NCBI GenBank assembly: GCA_018985225.1
Contig: JADGIF010000295.1
Span: 1 to 11,469 of the forward strand
Source of the DNA: Amoeboradix gromovi X-113
Lineage: Eukaryota > Fungi > Sanchytriomycota
Length of the DNA stretch: 11,469 bases
Reading direction: 5' to 3'
Position numbers and translations under genes: made by a program. The number at the start of each line of letters is the position of its first letter. The first letter of the stretch is position 1. Under the pieces are notes generated by a model. The model saw nothing but the letters and a program-made list of their open reading frames with translations, did no database searches and was not told where the DNA came from. Of the stretch, positions 7,838 to 11,469 are shown piece after piece.

Positions 7838-8283
7838 CTATCAGTGCATTAGATCCTGAATTCTCTGAAAGATCTGCTTGGATGCCAGAATACCTCTGCC
7901 TCTATGTTCTTAGTGTGGGCAGAGTAGCGAAAGATCGTAGACTGACTCGGCTACAGGTTCAGGACCGGCTGCATTGCCTCTTCCGGGATGCAGGTTTCTG
8001 TCTCGGTCCATGGCCTGAAAGCTTATTTAAGAAACCGATGTTGCTAGTAGACAGATGAATGTATCTGTATCCTGCGAAAAGCCCAGATCTTGTTTTCATC
8101 CCCAACAGCGGTGCTAAGGATGAATTGGCGACGATCTTCTGTATGGCTAGTATCAAGAGCACGGGCTGGTTATTGCTGTTATAACACCAGTCGAGGATCG
8201 GCCTGGTCTTCTCTACCGCAGTGGCAGCACTGCAGATATTCCAAGTTACTCATATCTGTGGAGTTTGCCATTGCTATTGATAG
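7838..8283 (+). ncRNA. Unidentified structured RNA candidate (about 450 nt)
   Basis: GC-richer island without a convincing ORF; a run of 6-9 bp stems plus a closing helix 7838-7846/8275-8283; G-U pairs favour the + strand. Confidence 0.55.
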
Positions 8284-8496
8284 TTTTGCTACTAGTGCAT
8301 AGACTAATAAAATAGAGTACCATAGCTTAGGACTTTTAATAACGAAATTAGTCCTTTATTTATCACTTTTTCCAAGCCTATGTTTTATGTAGGACGTCTC
8401 AATTGCTCCATTTAATTGCGGCGATCTTTTTTAAAAACACTTATACCTCTGGGTATTTAGTTCCTAGTACATTTTAATTTTGTTTTTCAAACACTG

Positions 8497-8721
8497 ATGT
8501 TGGGGCTCGGTACTTTATTATATGTAAGCTTGCTGCTGGTCAATGCACTTTGTATATTGCACAAGGAAAGATTTCTTGCTCGCATTGGCCTTGTAGACCA
8601 GTTAAATCAAGGCATAAGTAGTAAGTTAGTTACGATAGTTCAGTCTGTTAAAACAGTACTGACAATACCTTTAATAGTTGCAAATTCAGTGGTTATAGTG
8701 TATTTACTAATATTAGGCTAG
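8497..8721 (+). CDS. YOS1: Yos1/IER3IP1 family ER-Golgi membrane protein (74 aa)
   Basis: LLLVNALCILHKERFLARIG ... SVKTVLTIPLIVANSVVIVYLLILG matches the family pattern and size. Confidence 0.92.
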   Translation: MLGLGTLLYVSLLLVNALCILHKERFLARIGLVDQLNQGISSKLVTIVQSVKTVLTIPLIVANSVVIVYLLILG

Positions 8722-8787
8722 AAAATACAGCAATAAATGCTTTTATAATTTATACTTCATGGACGAACTGAAACAATCTCAATATTC

Positions 8788-9690
8788 ATGAATTTTCAGA
8801 ACTACCCACACGCTTCTCTTGCTTCTTCACTGACAGAGGAAATGATGTCGGCCTTTCCTAATCATTTCAAGCTGAGCTGGATCCAGACAACAGAGATTTT
8901 AATGGTTGTATATGGCACACTACCGGTTCCATATAAAAACAGCTGGTACAATATTCCTATCGAATTCGTACTTCCTAAATTGTTTCCAGTGAAAAACCCG
9001 CTCGTTAAAGTGGTTCCAACTGAAAACATGAGCATTTATCCGAGCGCATATGTAAATAATGATGGAAGAGTTAGTATACCATATCTTCAATCCTGGTCAA
9101 AGTCGTGCACATTAAGACAACTCTGTGCAGAAATGATAGAGATATTTAGACACCAAACTCCGGTGTATTCTTCGGTGCCCACTAAAAATATAGTCCAAAA
9201 ATCTCCAGTATCTTCCGATTACCATAGAACTCCCATACAAGTCACTCAGTATGACCCTTTGCACCAACTGCGTGATGACGTGTACTATAATCTACTTCCA
9301 TTGTTTAATCAACTTGAGGTGGCTTTGCAATCAAAGTTAAACAAAGTAAAGCTACAATCTCTGCAGGTTCAACAAAGCAAGTCTGCTATAAATGACAAAT
9401 TTAACCAAATTTCTAATTTTATACTGCACCAGCACTTTCAACGTGATTTGTTCCAAAACGAAATAACAAAGTTAAACTCAGTGATTAACTCCAATTATGA
9501 TGAGGTTGAAGAATGCTTTATTCCCAGTGATTCAAATGAGTTCCAATGGCTTGTAAAAAAAGAAACTCTCTCTGACATCTTAGATATTCTACAAACAAAA
9601 TTTGAGAACAAAGAAATAAATGTAAACAGCTGGATGAAGCTAGTAAATCAGCTCGCTAGGGAACAGTTTTATACTCTGGTTATAAAATAA
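8788..9690 (+). CDS. VPS23: ESCRT-I subunit Vps23/TSG101
   Basis: UEV domain GTLPVPYKNSWYNIPI..P..FP...P...V.PT..M.I....V...GRV.IPYLQSW, central coiled coil, C-terminal steadiness box LAREQF. Confidence 0.9.
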   Translation: MNFQNYPHASLASSLTEEMMSAFPNHFKLSWIQTTEILMVVYGTLPVPYKNSWYNIPIEFVLPKLFPVKNPLVKVVPTENMSIYPSAYVNNDGRVSIPYLQSWSKSCTLRQLCAEMIEIFRHQTPVYSSVPTKNIVQKSPVSSDYHRTPIQVTQYDPLHQLRDDVYYNLLPLFNQLEVALQSKLNKVKLQSLQVQQSKSAINDKFNQISNFILHQHFQRDLFQNEITKLNSVINSNYDEVEECFIPSDSNEFQWLVKKETLSDILDILQTKFENKEINVNSWMKLVNQLAREQFYTLVIK

Positions 9691-9730
9691 AATGTCTTAA
9701 ATAAATTGATTTACACAAATAACACGTTTA

Positions 9731-11221
9731 TTACACCATTACAAATGGCTCTTGTAGTTTTAGCACATTGTATCTTTCATCATTAATTGCTTGCATCATG
9801 ACATCGAACGGTGTTGATATCTTTCCACTGCAAATTGATTTTAAAATATTCACATTAAAACCACTAATAAGTGCAACGTTTTCCTCGTTTTGAGTGGTAG
9901 GAAAATCGACTGTGTTCGCTCTCACATTCCAGAACACCAAAGTTGGCATTTTGTAACTACTTTTACTGTAAAGTTCCTTAACGGTGTCAAAGTTGGTCAT
10001 TTTTCCTGCAGAGTCAAACTGCATATCAGAAATACAAATGATCTTATCAGGCATCTCTTCAGGCATTAAACCATGTACACCCGGATGAACAGGATGATTC
10101 TCAGGGTACTGAAATGTTAAAGCCCGTTCCAATAAAAGAGAAAAGCAAGCGGTAAAATTAGTGCTGCCACCCCAAGGAATTTCCATAATTTCTTTCACAC
10201 TGTCGTGTAAAGACTGCTTATTCTTCAGTTTGATGAACTCAGGGACAGAATCAAAAGTCATAACGCAGTCTCTAAATGCTTCTGCAGTGGATCTACTAAT
10301 CAATAAACCCAAAGCTACTGCTACCAGAATAGCATTATCTCCAGTCATAGAGCCAGATACATCCACAATAGCTAAAGACTTGCTTAATCCTCCAAACTGA
10401 AGAATTTCTTTCTCCTTAACTTTCCACTGTTCTTCAATTATAACGTCAGGCCCATCGCTCGTCCCTTCGATGTAAGCGGCTACTAGTTGATGTGGATCAG
10501 TAGTTTTGGCGTTGACTTTTACGTTACCTTTTTTCAATTCATTCAAATATGACTGCCAGTGAGGACATCTTTTTTCAAAGGCCTTTCTTAATCTGGTCAT
10601 TGCTTGACTAGGAACTGCTTCAAAGTTGATCTTGTCAAATTGTTGAGAAGATAAGAATAATTCCACGATTTTCAAATACTTTCTAAGTGGGGTTAAGTAT
10701 TTTTTGCGAAGAGCTTTTGGAGTGATATTCATGAATTCGCACATCTTGGAATAGACCCCAAACTCAACATCCAACCTACATTTCTCAGAAGGAAACCATT
10801 TGCTGCATAAAGAAACAGGTTTACCATCTTTCATACTAGCCAAATCTGCTTCAAGTTGCTTTGACACAAGAGCGAGTACTTCATGAGGGCAGCAAGGTAT
10901 TAGGTAAAACAAGTCGTCCCATCTGCCAAAAAATGGTATTTTATCCAGGTTAAGAATGACGGTATCTGGATCTAACTGGTACAGCGCAACCATAGCAATA
11001 TGGAACACAGATCTTTCACCCACTCCACCTCTGCAATCTCTCCTATGAAAAATAACCTTCAACGCATTTAGCTTATTTTCTTTATAGGCGGAATTCACAG
11101 TTGACGTGATGTATTCTGCCTCAACACCTCTCACGAATTTGAAAAACATATTCAAGGTATTTGAATAAGTAGTTCCGTGTGATACAGCGTTGTTTTCTGT
11201 TGTTACTTGTGAGTTTGACAT
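9731..11221 (-). CDS. DUF2828-family protein with C-terminal vWA/MIDAS domain
   Basis: TENNA start motif, RDCRGGVGER, FGRWDDL, KWFPSE, YLTPLR, VPSQAM, DVSGSM, WGGSTNF, ISDMQFD, FWNV. Start placed at MSNSQ (ATG at 11221). Confidence 0.88.
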   Translation of the reverse strand: MSNSQVTTENNAVSHGTTYSNTLNMFFKFVRGVEAEYITSTVNSAYKENKLNALKVIFHRRDCRGGVGERSVFHIAMVALYQLDPDTVILNLDKIPFFGRWDDLFYLIPCCPHEVLALVSKQLEADLASMKDGKPVSLCSKWFPSEKCRLDVEFGVYSKMCEFMNITPKALRKKYLTPLRKYLKIVELFLSSQQFDKINFEAVPSQAMTRLRKAFEKRCPHWQSYLNELKKGNVKVNAKTTDPHQLVAAYIEGTSDGPDVIIEEQWKVKEKEILQFGGLSKSLAIVDVSGSMTGDNAILVAVALGLLISRSTAEAFRDCVMTFDSVPEFIKLKNKQSLHDSVKEIMEIPWGGSTNFTACFSLLLERALTFQYPENHPVHPGVHGLMPEEMPDKIICISDMQFDSAGKMTNFDTVKELYSKSSYKMPTLVFWNVRANTVDFPTTQNEENVALISGFNVNILKSICSGKISTPFDVMMQAINDERYNVLKLQEPFVMV

Positions 11222-11469
11222 GGCAATGGAAAACATAAAAGGAGGTTTGTAGTTGATTTTTATTCCAATTATCAAGTCGAAAATTAATTACAGCTTTTAA
11301 TTTTATTGGAATTAATTGATTATCATGATTAGACGAAAAAATAAATAATTATTTACCAATCAACTCTTTTCTAGAACATTTCCAAAGGTATAAAATCCCG
11401 ATACTCTTCCTTTATTGTCAATGGTAAATGGAACAAAAACTCATAATCCAGAATATGTCAAATCAAAAG

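Noticed and set aside
7828-8302. Three 67-76 aa ORFs
   Set aside because: No family motifs, mutually overlapping, and better explained by a GC-richer structured RNA.
7811-8306. RNase P/MRP-like P4 (GAAAGTCTG with TAGACTA)
   Set aside because: The other conserved regions and the P1-P3 geometry do not fit by eye; left for a covariance-model search.
8296-8354. Group I intron-like P7 pairing (AGACTAA / TTAGTCC)
   Set aside because: No consistent P3/P4/P6 core or host exon found; it may be just a hairpin.
8759-8791. Out-of-frame upstream ORF MDELKQSQYS overlapping the VPS23 start
   Set aside because: No GT-AG intron links it to VPS23, and it may lie outside the transcript; cannot be supported from sequence alone.
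10161-10400. 79-aa plus-strand ORF
   Set aside because: Antisense to the conserved vWA domain.

Overview
AT-rich, gene-dense, nearly intron-free eukaryotic DNA, probably from an early-diverging fungus or a relative (inferred from a type I metacaspase, Yos1, Vps23 and very short intergenic gaps). The left 4.6 kb is a composite mobile region. A TIR element (93-4656) has perfect 32-bp inverted repeats, GGG...CCC termini, an ATTT duplication and no recognisable DDE transposase. It carries two orphan ORFs and an IS607-type unit: an apparently intact Fanzor2/TnpB RNA-guided nuclease that almost completely overlaps, in another frame, a serine-recombinase TnpA broken by one stop codon. Several further GGGAC-type end-like motifs lie inside the element, and one is re-formed across the reconstructed empty site, suggesting a family that inserts into its own ends and accretes gene cassettes. 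The right side holds host genes: a short TMC-like channel with a 20-nt intron, metacaspase, Yos1, Vps23/TSG101 and a DUF2828 vWA protein. An unidentified, highly structured ~450-nt candidate ncRNA lies at 7838-8283. All calls come from reading the sequence by eye; no searches or folding programs were run.
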